IMG/VR virus record: IMGVR_UViG_3300042472_000628
Coordinates: 101,455 to 165,454 of that record
Strand: one strand, 5' to 3'
DNA length: 64,000 nt
Source: a virus
Lineage: Duplodnaviria; Heunggongvirae; Uroviricota; Caudoviricetes
Shown: positions 54,993-64,000 of the stretch, one piece after another
How positions within the stretch are numbered: position 1 is the stretch's first letter
Layout of the letters: each line of letters begins with the position of its first letter
The notes under the pieces: generated by a model
What the model saw: the letters and a program-made list of their open reading frames with translations, nothing else
Database searches by the model: none
What the model was told of the DNA's origin: nothing
Program-made: the position numbers and the translations under genes

Positions 54993-55867
54993 AAGCTGTA
55001 GTTACAGGTGGAGCTGGTTTTATCGGTTCACATCTAGTTAAAGAACTATTAAATAATGGATGGTTTGTAACTGTACTTGATAATTTCAGTACTGGATCAA
55101 TTGACAATTTAGAGCCACATCCAAATCTAATTATTGAAGCCATAGATATTACTAATGGTAAATTGCCAACTTATAAATTTGATACTCTATTTCATTTAGC
55201 TGCACCTATTAGTGTACCTGAAAGTTTAGAAGAGCCAATGAAATATTGGACAGGTATATGTGTTGCAAGTAGAAGAGTCATGAGTTGGGCTTATGAAATG
55301 GGAGCTACTTCAATGGTAGCTGCATCCACTGCTGCAGTTTATGGTGATTCAGAACAAGTGCCTCTAAAAGAGAGTGATACACCAAGTCCAATGAGTCCTT
55401 ATGCCGAATTTAAATTGGAAATGGAACACATGATGATGAGTTATAATAAACCTCAATTTAAGTGTACAGCTCTAAGATTTTTTAATGTCTTTGGTGAAGG
55501 TCAAAGAGCTACTGGTGGATACCGAAGTGCAGTGCCTATTTTCTTACAACAATATGAATCTTATCAACCTATTACTGTAACTGGTGATGGTGCACAAACC
55601 AGAGATTGGATTTATGTTAAAGATGTAGTCAATGCTATTATAATGAGTAGTCAGGCCGAATTTAAGACCACAATGCCAATTTATAATGTTGGATCTGGCA
55701 CAGAAACTCAAGTTATTGAAGTAGCTGAAGCATTTGGTGGTGAAATCAAACATTTAGAAAAAAGAGAGGAACCTATGCGTTCTGTTGCAGATATTGCAAA
55801 AATAACTAAACAATTGGGTTGGAAACCTGAAACAAACTTATTATCTTGGATAAAATCAATTAAGTAA
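54974..55867 (+). CDS. NAD-dependent nucleotide-sugar epimerase/dehydratase (SDR family)
   Basis: VVTGGAGFIGSHLVKEL Rossmann motif; about 297 aa. Confidence 0.6.
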   Translation: MSKRSMKAVVTGGAGFIGSHLVKELLNNGWFVTVLDNFSTGSIDNLEPHPNLIIEAIDITNGKLPTYKFDTLFHLAAPISVPESLEEPMKYWTGICVASRRVMSWAYEMGATSMVAASTAAVYGDSEQVPLKESDTPSPMSPYAEFKLEMEHMMMSYNKPQFKCTALRFFNVFGEGQRATGGYRSAVPIFLQQYESYQPITVTGDGAQTRDWIYVKDVVNAIIMSSQAEFKTTMPIYNVGSGTETQVIEVAEAFGGEIKHLEKREEPMRSVADIAKITKQLGWKPETNLLSWIKSIK

Positions 55868-55876
55868 AACTAATAA

Positions 55877-56269
55877 ATGGAACATATAACAACACACCCT
55901 ATCAAAAAGTCAGATTTGGGTTTTCATGGAAATCTTTTTGGTGGAAAACTATTAGCATGGTTAGATGCTGCAGCTGCAGGATATGCAATGCAAGTGTGTG
56001 ATACACCAAGAATGGTTACAGTAATGATTGATAAGTGTGAGTTTAAAAAACCTGCAAAAGAAGGTCAACTATTAAAAATTTATGGTAAAATGCTAAATAT
56101 CGGTAGAACGAGTATTACGCTATATTTAGAAGCCAGAGCACATAACGTATATTCAGGCAGTCAATCAATTATATTATGTACAAATATCAAGTTTGTACGA
56201 ATAGATGAGAATGGTGATCCCATACCAATTAGTGAAAGAGTTAAAGAAAAATATAAACTCGATATATAA
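55877..56269 (+). CDS. hotdog-fold acyl-CoA thioesterase
   Basis: HGNLFGGKLLAWLDAAAAGYA block. Confidence 0.5.
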   Translation: MEHITTHPIKKSDLGFHGNLFGGKLLAWLDAAAAGYAMQVCDTPRMVTVMIDKCEFKKPAKEGQLLKIYGKMLNIGRTSITLYLEARAHNVYSGSQSIILCTNIKFVRIDENGDPIPISERVKEKYKLDI

Positions 56270-56304
56270 GTTATAAGTGTTTAAATTAAAAACATAAAAA
56301 CATC

Positions 56305-56595
56305 ATGAGCACTACAGAAAAGTTTCTAATGCTATTTTCAGACTTCGAGATGATCGTGGTTGAAAAAACGAATGAGGTAAAAATAGACAAGAGTAATACT
56401 CAACATTCGATTGGCACCAATCAAACAAAGAGTGAACTAAAGAAAGTACTTAAGCGATTGACTGAAGAATACAGCAGAGCTAAAAAGTCATTTAAACAAA
56501 ATAAATTAAGTCGTCAAGAGCTATTTGATTTCGAATGGAGATTATTTGAAATACAAGAAGAGATTAAAAGATTAGATGACGAAACTACAGCATAA
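56305..56595 (+). CDS. hypothetical protein
   Basis: ORF track. Confidence 0.4.
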   Translation: MSTTEKFLMLFSDFEMIVVEKTNEVKIDKSNTQHSIGTNQTKSELKKVLKRLTEEYSRAKKSFKQNKLSRQELFDFEWRLFEIQEEIKRLDDETTA

Positions 56596-57083
56596 TGAAA
56601 CACCTAAAAAAATATGATCAATTTATCAACGAGAAATATCTAGACACTAGATATTCAGCTGGTCTTGCGATTGTGTTTGATGGTAAAATTTTGTTAGGTC
56701 AATCTAGAGGTAGAAAAGAAGGAACAGGTTATGGTATATCTAAAGGTGGCATCGAAGAAGGTGAATCACATTTAGATGCTGCTATCAGAGAAACTTATGA
56801 AGAGTTCGGTATCAAAGTTCCTAAATCTTTAATAAGCAAAAATGAACATACATTTGTTTTAACTTCTAGAAAGTATAAGTATAATAAAGTTATTTATTAT
56901 TTTATAGTTGAAATAGATAACCTGTCTAAAATAGGACTTAAAGATCTAGTGGTACCTAAAGGACAATTACAGCGTGAAGAAATTGATAATGCCAAATTTA
57001 TGGACAAAATCGAAGCTTCACAAGTTGTAATGTTAAGTCAACAAGTGGTTTTACAAAATCTAAGTGCAATGGGACTAATATGA
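56595..57083 (+). CDS. Nudix hydrolase
   Basis: Nudix box GGIEEGESHLDAAIRETYEEFGI (G-x5-E-x7-R-E-x2-E-E-x-G). Confidence 0.6.
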   Translation: MKHLKKYDQFINEKYLDTRYSAGLAIVFDGKILLGQSRGRKEGTGYGISKGGIEEGESHLDAAIRETYEEFGIKVPKSLISKNEHTFVLTSRKYKYNKVIYYFIVEIDNLSKIGLKDLVVPKGQLQREEIDNAKFMDKIEASQVVMLSQQVVLQNLSAMGLI

Positions 57084-57403
57084 AAGAATTAATAGGACAA
57101 TACATATCAGAATGGGGTTGGGTGACAGCAGTAGCTATAATTTCATTTACATTCAAAGACATGATTGCTAATCTTGTTATTGGTATGCAGTTTTTATGGG
57201 GTAATGATTTTAATGTAGACGATATTGTTTATATTAAAGGCGCTAAGAAAGCTAGAATAGTTAGACAAAATATATATAAAACAACTTTTTATGTTTTTGG
57301 ACATGAAAGAAAATTCGTAGTACCTAATAATAGGCTATGGACTCTAGAAATAGAAAAAGAAATACCAAAAGATGAAACACCTGAAAACTTTCCAATTATT
57401 TGA
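57080..57403 (+). CDS. hypothetical membrane protein
   Basis: ORF track. Confidence 0.4.
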   Translation: MKELIGQYISEWGWVTAVAIISFTFKDMIANLVIGMQFLWGNDFNVDDIVYIKGAKKARIVRQNIYKTTFYVFGHERKFVVPNNRLWTLEIEKEIPKDETPENFPII

Positions 57404-57635
57404 GGATGCTCAAAAAGTAGCTGACCTAAATCTTAAAGTTAGAGAATTAGATTCAAAGAAAAACGACATTAAATCTAAAGCGGTTGAAACTGCAAAAGCA
57501 ATGAGAAATGAAGAGGATCCATTAAAATCTGAAATATTATCACTTAATGCTCAAAAATTATCTATGCAAGCAGAAATAGCAAAAATTGATATAAAAATTG
57601 CTGCTATAAAAATAAAACAAGAATCTAATAAATAA
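57372..57635 (+). CDS. hypothetical coiled-coil protein
   Basis: ORF track. Confidence 0.35.
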   Translation: MKHLKTFQLFEDAQKVADLNLKVRELDSKKNDIKSKAVETAKAMRNEEDPLKSEILSLNAQKLSMQAEIAKIDIKIAAIKIKQESNK

Positions 57636-57665
57636 ACATTATTAGATTTTTTAGTATAATTAAAG

Positions 57666-58265
57666 ATGAAACACCTTAAGAATTACACAGAATACCTGAA
57701 TGAGGTAAACAGAGCTGGAAAACCATATCATGGTTCAAAAATTCTTGTGTTTGATCTTGACGACACATTAGTTATTTCTTCAGCTAAGATTAAGGTTTGC
57801 AATAAGAAAACCGGAGAATGTTATTCATTAACACCAGAGGAATTTAATAGTTATGAAAAACATGCAGATCATGAATTAAACTTTGATGAATTTAAATCAT
57901 TAGAGATTATGAAAGCTGGTCAAATGATTGAACATTACTTAGACATATTCAAAGAAGCTTATAAATCACGTATCGCAGTTGGAATTGTTACAGCAAGAGA
58001 TGATAGAGAAATGATCTATAGATGGTTAAGAGAACATGTTGGATTTAGAATCGACAAAGATCTTATTTTTGCAGTAAATGATTCAGTACATAAATTTAAA
58101 GGTAGTATATCAGATCGTAAAAAACAAGCGTTTAGAGAATTGATCAATATGGGTTATAGCGACCTACAATTTTACGATGATGATGAAGCTAATTTAGTAT
58201 TAGTAAAATCATTAGAACAAGAACACGAAGGAATTCAAATTTCCACAATCAGAGCATATAAATAA
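57666..58265 (+). CDS. HAD-superfamily phosphatase (possible sugar-phosphate, KdsC-like, phosphatase)
   Basis: Motif I FDLDDTLV, GIVTARD, FYDDD. Confidence 0.5.
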   Translation: MKHLKNYTEYLNEVNRAGKPYHGSKILVFDLDDTLVISSAKIKVCNKKTGECYSLTPEEFNSYEKHADHELNFDEFKSLEIMKAGQMIEHYLDIFKEAYKSRIAVGIVTARDDREMIYRWLREHVGFRIDKDLIFAVNDSVHKFKGSISDRKKQAFRELINMGYSDLQFYDDDEANLVLVKSLEQEHEGIQISTIRAYK

Positions 58266-58271
58266 TTTAAT

Positions 58272-60092
58272 ATGAAAAAACAATTTAACGATATCAGAAA
58301 TGATTTTGCTATTGCTATGGCAAAAATGAATGCAAAAAATGCTATCAATGAGCTTGACTTTACAGATAAAGAAGAGATGGCTGATTATGAAGATGAACAT
58401 AAAATCGGAGATAATACAAAAGTTACAATAGATGGTGTTACATCTAAAAGAGGTGATGTCGAAACAGAAGATGATAAAAAATTATCTGGTTTAAATAAAA
58501 TTACCGATAATATTGAAAAAGCATTAAAAGATATAACAGATCCAGAACAAAAAGCAAATGCTGAAGAATTATTAAGCGGTATTAGAAAGATCCAAGATCC
58601 AAATGTATCAGCTGAAGAAAAGAAAGAATTGTTAGGTAAATATGTTGAATCTGGTTGGATTAAAAAAAATGCAGGAGGTACTAAATTATATGTAGACACT
58701 GCTTCAACTGGTCTTTATAGAAAATCATTAGGTGATAAAACTACGCCAAAGGGTCTTATTGATGTTGCTAATGATTACGGGATTGATAATATTGAAAAAG
58801 ATGGTAGTAAACGTATTGCTAAAAAAGCAATGACCGGAGCTAAAATCTTTGGTGATAAAAAAGCCAAAATGGAAGTTAAACAATTAGACAATGGTGTTTC
58901 TATTGACGGTGCTGACTATACAAGACATGATGTTCCCAGCGACGAAAGATTACTTGAAATCTATGGTAATGAAAAAGAAGCAAAACGTGCAAAAAAAGTA
59001 TTAGAGAAATATAATAAAATTATTGACCTAACTGCAAAAGCATTTAAAGACACTGATAATATTGAAACATTATCTGCATTTCCTGATACACCTCCTACCA
59101 CACCAGAAAATAGAAAAAAACTAAAAGATGGTACAGCAGATATTTTAGCAGATGGTTTTGCTAAACAATTTGCAGATGAAGAACCTACCAAAGAACAACA
59201 AGCCATAATTGATGATTTTAAAAATCTTAAAGATATTAAAGATCAGCAAGAATATGATGACAAATTAATGGAAATTACTGGAAGAATGATGAAGGATCCG
59301 TATATGTCAACTGGAGCAGCTGATGTAGTTGAAATGGTTTCATATATGAGAGAACTTAATAAAGGTAATTCAGTTTATATGCCAGCCGCTTCTAACTTTC
59401 CGTTAGGTGATATTGTTTCTATTTCACCAGAAAAAGTTGATTTTGAAAAAGATTCACCAGAAGAAATTCAAAGAAAATTACAATTAATTATGACTAGTGT
59501 TGAAACTAGATCTATTAAAAAAGATGCTGGTGGAGCATCAGCTTCTGGAGATAAAACAGAATTAACTGAATACAAAGAATACACAAGTAAAGACGGTAAG
59601 AAGATTAGTCCTGAAGAAATAAAAGGTGATTTAACTAAAATGTCTAACAAAACAGAGATGTATTCATCTATATTTGATGGAGATACGGCGAAAGCACATG
59701 AAGACATTAAAGCAATGTCTAAGAAATATGATTTTGATCTAGAAGATCCAAAATACAAAGCACGTAAAGAAAAATCAATTGCATCTGCAATAGCTTACGT
59801 GAAAAAGAAAAATCAAGATATCGATGAAGATAAATTGAGAGCACAATACGAAGCATATTACGATTTAGGTAACATATATGCAAATACGTATAATTCTACT
59901 GCTGATTCTCAAATGTTTACAAACGAAGTTTGGAAGTATGATAAAAAAGAAGGTAAAGCTAAAGTTAATAAAACAGATGGATTAGATACATTAAGTTTAT
60001 TGAAATTCGAATTCAATATTGGATTCGGTGCAACTGGAAGACCTTCAAATCCAGTACCTACCAGATTTCAAAATCAAGAAGGTGAAGAATAA
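58272..60092 (+). CDS. large K/E/D-rich hypothetical protein (606 aa), possibly virion-associated
   Basis: ORF track; composition. Confidence 0.4.
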   Translation: MKKQFNDIRNDFAIAMAKMNAKNAINELDFTDKEEMADYEDEHKIGDNTKVTIDGVTSKRGDVETEDDKKLSGLNKITDNIEKALKDITDPEQKANAEELLSGIRKIQDPNVSAEEKKELLGKYVESGWIKKNAGGTKLYVDTASTGLYRKSLGDKTTPKGLIDVANDYGIDNIEKDGSKRIAKKAMTGAKIFGDKKAKMEVKQLDNGVSIDGADYTRHDVPSDERLLEIYGNEKEAKRAKKVLEKYNKIIDLTAKAFKDTDNIETLSAFPDTPPTTPENRKKLKDGTADILADGFAKQFADEEPTKEQQAIIDDFKNLKDIKDQQEYDDKLMEITGRMMKDPYMSTGAADVVEMVSYMRELNKGNSVYMPAASNFPLGDIVSISPEKVDFEKDSPEEIQRKLQLIMTSVETRSIKKDAGGASASGDKTELTEYKEYTSKDGKKISPEEIKGDLTKMSNKTEMYSSIFDGDTAKAHEDIKAMSKKYDFDLEDPKYKARKEKSIASAIAYVKKKNQDIDEDKLRAQYEAYYDLGNIYANTYNSTADSQMFTNEVWKYDKKEGKAKVNKTDGLDTLSLLKFEFNIGFGATGRPSNPVPTRFQNQEGEE

Positions 60093-60259
60093 TGAATCCT
60101 CAAGAGTGGAAACACTACATAGACAAAGGTGAGGTTCCAATGCATTTTTTTAAATCAATGGTGGAATCTATTAAGAAAGGCGAAAGGCTAAATGGTCAAC
60201 ATTTAGCCGTTTACCAATCTCATGGCATGATTGTTGAAATGATGTTACGTAAAAAATAA
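60092..60259 (+). CDS. small hypothetical protein (55 aa)
   Basis: Hand translation MNPQEWKHYIDKGEVPMHFFKSMVESIKKGERLNGQHLAVYQSHGMIVEMMLRKK; start overlaps the upstream stop. Confidence 0.3.
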   Translation: MNPQEWKHYIDKGEVPMHFFKSMVESIKKGERLNGQHLAVYQSHGMIVEMMLRKK

Positions 60260-60290
60260 ACTATTTCCAAGATTTTCATATAACTCATAA

Positions 60291-61043
60291 ATGAAAATGG
60301 AAAATTACACATATATTCTAGGTCCTTGTAGCATTGAAAGCGAGGACAACTTCATAGAAGTAGCAAATGCACTATATCCTTTAATGCAAGGAAAAGATTG
60401 GTATCTTAAAGGTAGCTTTGATAAAGCCAATAGAACTTCAATTCACTCTAATCGAGGTCCAGGTTTGGACGAAGGTATTCAGATCATGCGAAATGTTAAA
60501 GATAAATTTCCAGGTCTTAAAATTGTTACAGATATTCATACTGCAGATCAAGCATTACCATTATCAGATGTAGTAGATGTGATTCAAATTCCAGCATTCT
60601 TGTGTAGACAAACAGATCTTCTTATAGAATGTGCAAAACACTTTGATATTATTAACGTTAAGAAAGGTCAGTGGTTATCTGCAGATGCAATGAAACATGC
60701 TGTTACCAAGATCAAAGAAGTAAATCCAACATGTCAAGTATGGATTACAGAACGTGGATCTCAATTTGGCTTCGATAGATTAATTGTAGATTTTAGAGGT
60801 GTTGATGTTATGAAACAATTTGCAGATAAAGTTATCTTTGATTGTACACACTCAACTCAAATGTCAGGTGATGGTATTACTGGTGGAAGCAGAAAACTTG
60901 CAAAACAATATTCTTTAGCTGCGCGTATTTTTGAATATGATGGAGTATTTATTGAAACACATCCAGATCCTGATAATGCCATCTCAGACGCAGCTAGTCA
61001 AGTAGAATTGGATTGGATGGTTGAAAATCTAAAAAACATCTAA
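60291..61043 (+). CDS. kdsA: 3-deoxy-8-phosphooctulonate (KDO-8-P) synthase
   Basis: ILGPCSIES, GSFDKANRTS, IPAFLCRQTDLL blocks characteristic of KdsA / DAHP-synthase I family. Confidence 0.6.
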   Translation: MKMENYTYILGPCSIESEDNFIEVANALYPLMQGKDWYLKGSFDKANRTSIHSNRGPGLDEGIQIMRNVKDKFPGLKIVTDIHTADQALPLSDVVDVIQIPAFLCRQTDLLIECAKHFDIINVKKGQWLSADAMKHAVTKIKEVNPTCQVWITERGSQFGFDRLIVDFRGVDVMKQFADKVIFDCTHSTQMSGDGITGGSRKLAKQYSLAARIFEYDGVFIETHPDPDNAISDAASQVELDWMVENLKNI

Positions 61044-61074
61044 ATTTCGTGTTAGATATATAATAAGAGAGTAT

Positions 61075-61278
61075 ATGCCTTACCCTTTAAAAATATCTAG
61101 TTTTACAATGGCTGAATTTATCCCAGAAGTTGTTCCCGCTTCTGAGCATGATTCAAAAACCGTAGAAGTTACAAGTGTTAAAAATGATCACATTTTCCAA
61201 ATTAGTTTAGATGATCTTTATGACATAGCAGATGATTACGCAAATTGGGTCCATTTCGGAGTCGGTGGTCCAGCTTAA
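61075..61278 (+). CDS. hypothetical protein
   Basis: ORF track. Confidence 0.35.
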   Translation: MPYPLKISSFTMAEFIPEVVPASEHDSKTVEVTSVKNDHIFQISLDDLYDIADDYANWVHFGVGGPA

Positions 61279-61289
61279 ACAGAACAAAG

Positions 61290-61313
61290 AGCAGCTTTTT
61301 AGCTGCTTTTTTC
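61290..61313 (+). terminator. rho-independent terminator (agcagct-tttt-agctgct + T6)
   Basis: Perfect 7-bp hairpin + T-run. Confidence 0.6.
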
Positions 61314-61378
61314 TTTTATGAAACAAAACGAAGATAAATAATATAAATATATAATCAAAAATAATAAAAAACAAAATT

Positions 61379-61810
61379 ATGAGTACAACAATCATCGCAG
61401 TAGTGCTAGTATCTTTAGTAGTTATTATAACTATTTTTAAAGCAGTTGCAAAAAAAGAGAAAGAAGATTCTAAAAGAGGTTCAGTACTTGATCCTATTGT
61501 AGAACCTACAGTAAAAAAGCCTACTAAAATTAAAGCTGCTAAACCAGTAAAAGAAGTAGCACCAATTGCTAAAGAAGCAAAAGCTAAAAAACTTACACCT
61601 AAAAAACCAAAAACAGGTAAAAATGCTACTAGTGGTTCAGGATCTGGATCAGGATCGGGCACTGGAAGTGGATCAAATATAGGTGGAACAGGATATGCTT
61701 ATGGTACAGGTTCTGGCCGTTCAAGTGGTAAAGGTTCAGGTTCTGGAAGCGGAAGTGGTTCAGGTTCTGGAAGCGGAAGTGGTAAAGGTTCCGGTGCTGG
61801 TAAAAAATAA
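61379..61810 (+). CDS. membrane-anchored protein with basic linker and long Gly-Ser (GSGSGS) repeat tail
   Basis: N-terminal TM IIAVVLVSLVVIITIF; KKPTKIKAAKPVKE basic segment; (GSGS)n. Confidence 0.45.
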   Translation: MSTTIIAVVLVSLVVIITIFKAVAKKEKEDSKRGSVLDPIVEPTVKKPTKIKAAKPVKEVAPIAKEAKAKKLTPKKPKTGKNATSGSGSGSGSGTGSGSNIGGTGYAYGTGSGRSSGKGSGSGSGSGSGSGSGSGKGSGAGKK

Positions 61811-61842
61811 GAATATATAAAGTAAAATATACAAACAAACAT

Positions 61843-64000
61843 ATGTCATCATTTATTAATTTCAATAATAAAGAAGTTACGACTGAAGTAAGCTATACTG
61901 CTGAAGCAGTTAAACTAGCTTTATTAAAGTCAGAGACTAAAAGCTCTATAAAAGCTGAAACGCTTACAAAAAATATCAAAGAACCTTTGTCATTAAATGA
62001 GGCTTTAGTATTTTTTACTGATAAATTATCAGCAATGAAATCATTATCTCTTGCAAACGCAGAGATCAATGAAGGAAAGATCAAGCAATTCGAAACGGAT
62101 TACAAGGATATGGAAACTAGTATCAAAAGAGGTATTGGTTGGATTGATCCAGAATACGTAGGAGATACTTGGGAAAATTCATCTGATTCTATTGATTTTG
62201 AATTAGTTAAAACCGAGCTTTATAAGAGATTAATTGCTGCAGGTTTATTAGCATTTTCAAATCCAGAAGATGGTGAAACAAAAGGTGTACCTGTTAGAAG
62301 TTTAAAAGACTTAAGTATTAAAGAATCTTTAGAAGCAGATAAAGTTAACGAAACTTTATTCTTTGCATTCTTTAATAACAAGAAAATTGAAGTAGAAGGT
62401 AAAGATCTTTGGGATGCTAAACAAAAAGCAATCATTGAACTAAAGGTACCTAAATCAAAAATCGGTTATTTAGCTGTAGTAAGTGCTGAATCACAAAAGA
62501 ATCAAGATTTTAAATTTGAATCCTTTGTAAATGAAAGCGAAGTTGAAACCATTGAACTTGATATGGCATGGGACGCTTCTAGTACAGAAGATGACAAAGC
62601 AGCTAAAGCAGCATTCAAGAAATATAAGATCAAAGTAAAAGGTGCAAATGGTCAACCCGGAACATATGAAGTAACTGGTAAGAAAAAAGACATTCTTGCA
62701 TATCTTAAAAGTGATTTCTATGAAATGGATCAAGAAACTATTGAAGAATACTATCCTGAACTTTTAGAATCTGCTAAAAAACCAGCAGGTCTTACATTAG
62801 ACGATACAAAAAAAGTTGCAGAATTATATGCTAGCGCTCTTTCTAAAGCAGATGGTGTTAAAGCTACTGTTAATAAAAAATCACTAGAAGAAGATTCATT
62901 TGATTTAGATGTAGATGGCGAAGAATACGCAGGTGGATCTTATAATATTTATCATAACGGAGAAGTAGTTAATCACGCAGTTCCAGGATCACCAGTATAC
63001 GGTTATTTTGATGACAAGCTAGATACTATTGTAAAAAATATAAAAAATCCAAAGTTACACGAAAGTGCAATGTCAAATATTGATATTATGGCTCAAGAAG
63101 CAAAAGATTTTAAATCATTTGTAAAAGAGTTTAAAAAAGAACATCATGATTTGTCTAAATCTGGTGAACCTGGTCAATTTGAAGCATGGTTACAAACAAT
63201 TTACGATACTGCTAAAGAAAACATGGATGAGTCAGTAGTTAATGAAGGTCAATTCTCATGGATGGCTCAAGATACTGGAAATCAAATTGGTTCTGAAAAA
63301 CAAAATACCATTACAATTACAATGTTTGATGACAAAGGTAATAAATGGGAAGAAAAGAAATACGACGGTTATGGTGAATTCGGTGGTAAAGATTACTATG
63401 AATTACTAGCTCAAATGAATGGAATTGAAAATCCTAATAGACAAGATGGTATTGATATTGCATTTGATAAAAAGAAAGTTAAAGGAAAAGTTCTTTTCCC
63501 AGCTTTAGTTGAAGATCCAAAACGTTTTAACTTCAAAAAGCATGATTTTACACAAGAAGCTGAAAGTGATCCAAATCAATCATGGTACCAGGAAGAAGAG
63601 TATGATGATGATTATGAAGAGTATGATGAATCAGTTGTAACTGAAGCTATGTTTGGTGCTAAAGATTTTAATAAAACTTTAATAACATATGCACTTGATC
63701 CTAAAGCTGATGAAATCTATATTATTAAAGTTGATACAGTTATTAATTCAGGCTTCCCTGATCCTACAAAAGTATCAGACAAAAGATTCCATGGAATGTT
63801 CGGTATGATGTTAGAAGATAACTGGATGAAACAATATGACAAATTACCAGAAGTTGGTGATATTTTACCAGCTCCTAAAAAAGATAAAGCATTTGAATCT
63901 AAAGTCAATGAAGCAGCAAGAGTACCTTCTAATGTTTTAGATTTTGCTAAAAGAAAAGGAAGTTATGCAACTTCATTAGTTAAGAAAGCTGCTACATGGG
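61843..64000 (+). CDS. large hypothetical protein, 5' partial in window (more than 719 aa, continues past the window end); K/E-rich, possibly structural
   Basis: Open frame from ATG 61843 to the window end, checked by hand over the first about 1.2 kb (to about 63040) and assumed open beyond; absent from the ORF track because no stop is reached. Confidence 0.45.
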   Translation, partial: MSSFINFNNKEVTTEVSYTAEAVKLALLKSETKSSIKAETLTKNIKEPLSLNEALVFFTDKLSAMKSLSLANAEINEGKIKQFETDYKDMETSIKRGIGWIDPEYVGDTWENSSDSIDFELVKTELYKRLIAAGLLAFSNPEDGETKGVPVRSLKDLSIKESLEADKVNETLFFAFFNNKKIEVEGKDLWDAKQKAIIELKVPKSKIGYLAVVSAESQKNQDFKFESFVNESEVETIELDMAWDASSTEDDKAAKAAFKKYKIKVKGANGQPGTYEVTGKKKDILAYLKSDFYEMDQETIEEYYPELLESAKKPAGLTLDDTKKVAELYASALSKADGVKATVNKKSLEEDSFDLDVDGEEYAGGSYNIYHNGEVVNHAVPGSPVYGYFDDKLDTIVKNIKNPKLHESAMSNIDIMAQEAKDFKSFVKEFKKEHHDLSKSGEPGQFEAWLQTIYDTAKENMDESVVNEGQFSWMAQDTGNQIGSEKQNTITITMFDDKGNKWEEKKYDGYGEFGGKDYYELLAQMNGIENPNRQDGIDIAFDKKKVKGKVLFPALVEDPKRFNFKKHDFTQEAESDPNQSWYQEEEYDDDYEEYDESVVTEAMFGAKDFNKTLITYALDPKADEIYIIKVDTVINSGFPDPTKVSDKRFHGMFGMMLEDNWMKQYDKLPEVGDILPAPKKDKAFESKVNEAARVPSNVLDFAKRKGSYATSLVKKAATW

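Noticed and set aside
61620-61800. Periodic 21-nt repeats (ggttctggaagcggaagtggt...) that could be mistaken for a CRISPR-like or minisatellite array
   Set aside because: No spacer/repeat alternation; the repeats are in-frame Gly-Ser codons inside the 61379..61810 CDS.
1-64000. Using the absence of Shine-Dalgarno sequences as an argument against gene calls
   Set aside because: The absence is uniform across all well-supported genes (ligase, NAMPT, KdsA and others). It more likely reflects an SD-independent (Bacteroidetes-like) host, with AT-rich leaders doing the job.

Overview
This AT-rich window is almost certainly from a large tailed phage, possibly of a Bacteroidetes/Flavobacteriia-type host. 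That host guess rests on there being no Shine-Dalgarno sequences before any gene, many lipobox lipoproteins, a histone H1-like gene and alternative TTG starts. Nearly all genes are on the + strand; a tail-fibre pair is on the - strand. The window contains:
- A very large tRNA island at 5.05-10.7 kb plus outliers at 11.6 and 40.7 kb. I could fold 25 tRNAs by eye, and the island also holds several aberrant tRNA-like elements.
- A phage sigma-70/ECF-type sigma factor (4175..4789) and 11 copies of a conserved intergenic cassette (TTGTTCGTAACTTT, terminator hairpin, TATATT(A/T)(G/A)C-N3-ATAATTAAAA, start codon 10-20 nt downstream) that looks like a phage-specific promoter/terminator unit.
- An NAD+/ADP-ribose and tRNA-repair cluster at 26.2-34.7 kb: PRPP-synthetase-like, NAMPT-like, macro domain, NADAR, HAD phosphatase, Thg1-like, YqeY and a nucleoside deoxyribosyltransferase-like gene, with a Nudix gene further downstream. 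This is the best candidate for an anti-defence system in the window.
- A glycan-biosynthesis island at 51-61 kb: a 1067-aa triple glycosyltransferase fusion, a methyltransferase, an NAD-dependent epimerase, a hotdog thioesterase, a HAD phosphatase and KDO-8-P synthase.
- DNA ligase, DnaQ-like exonuclease, an amidase-type endolysin, an SPFH/PspC/lipoprotein membrane cluster, and an M42 peptidase.
Coordinates of tRNAs, small ORFs and motifs were read by hand and may be off by a base or two.
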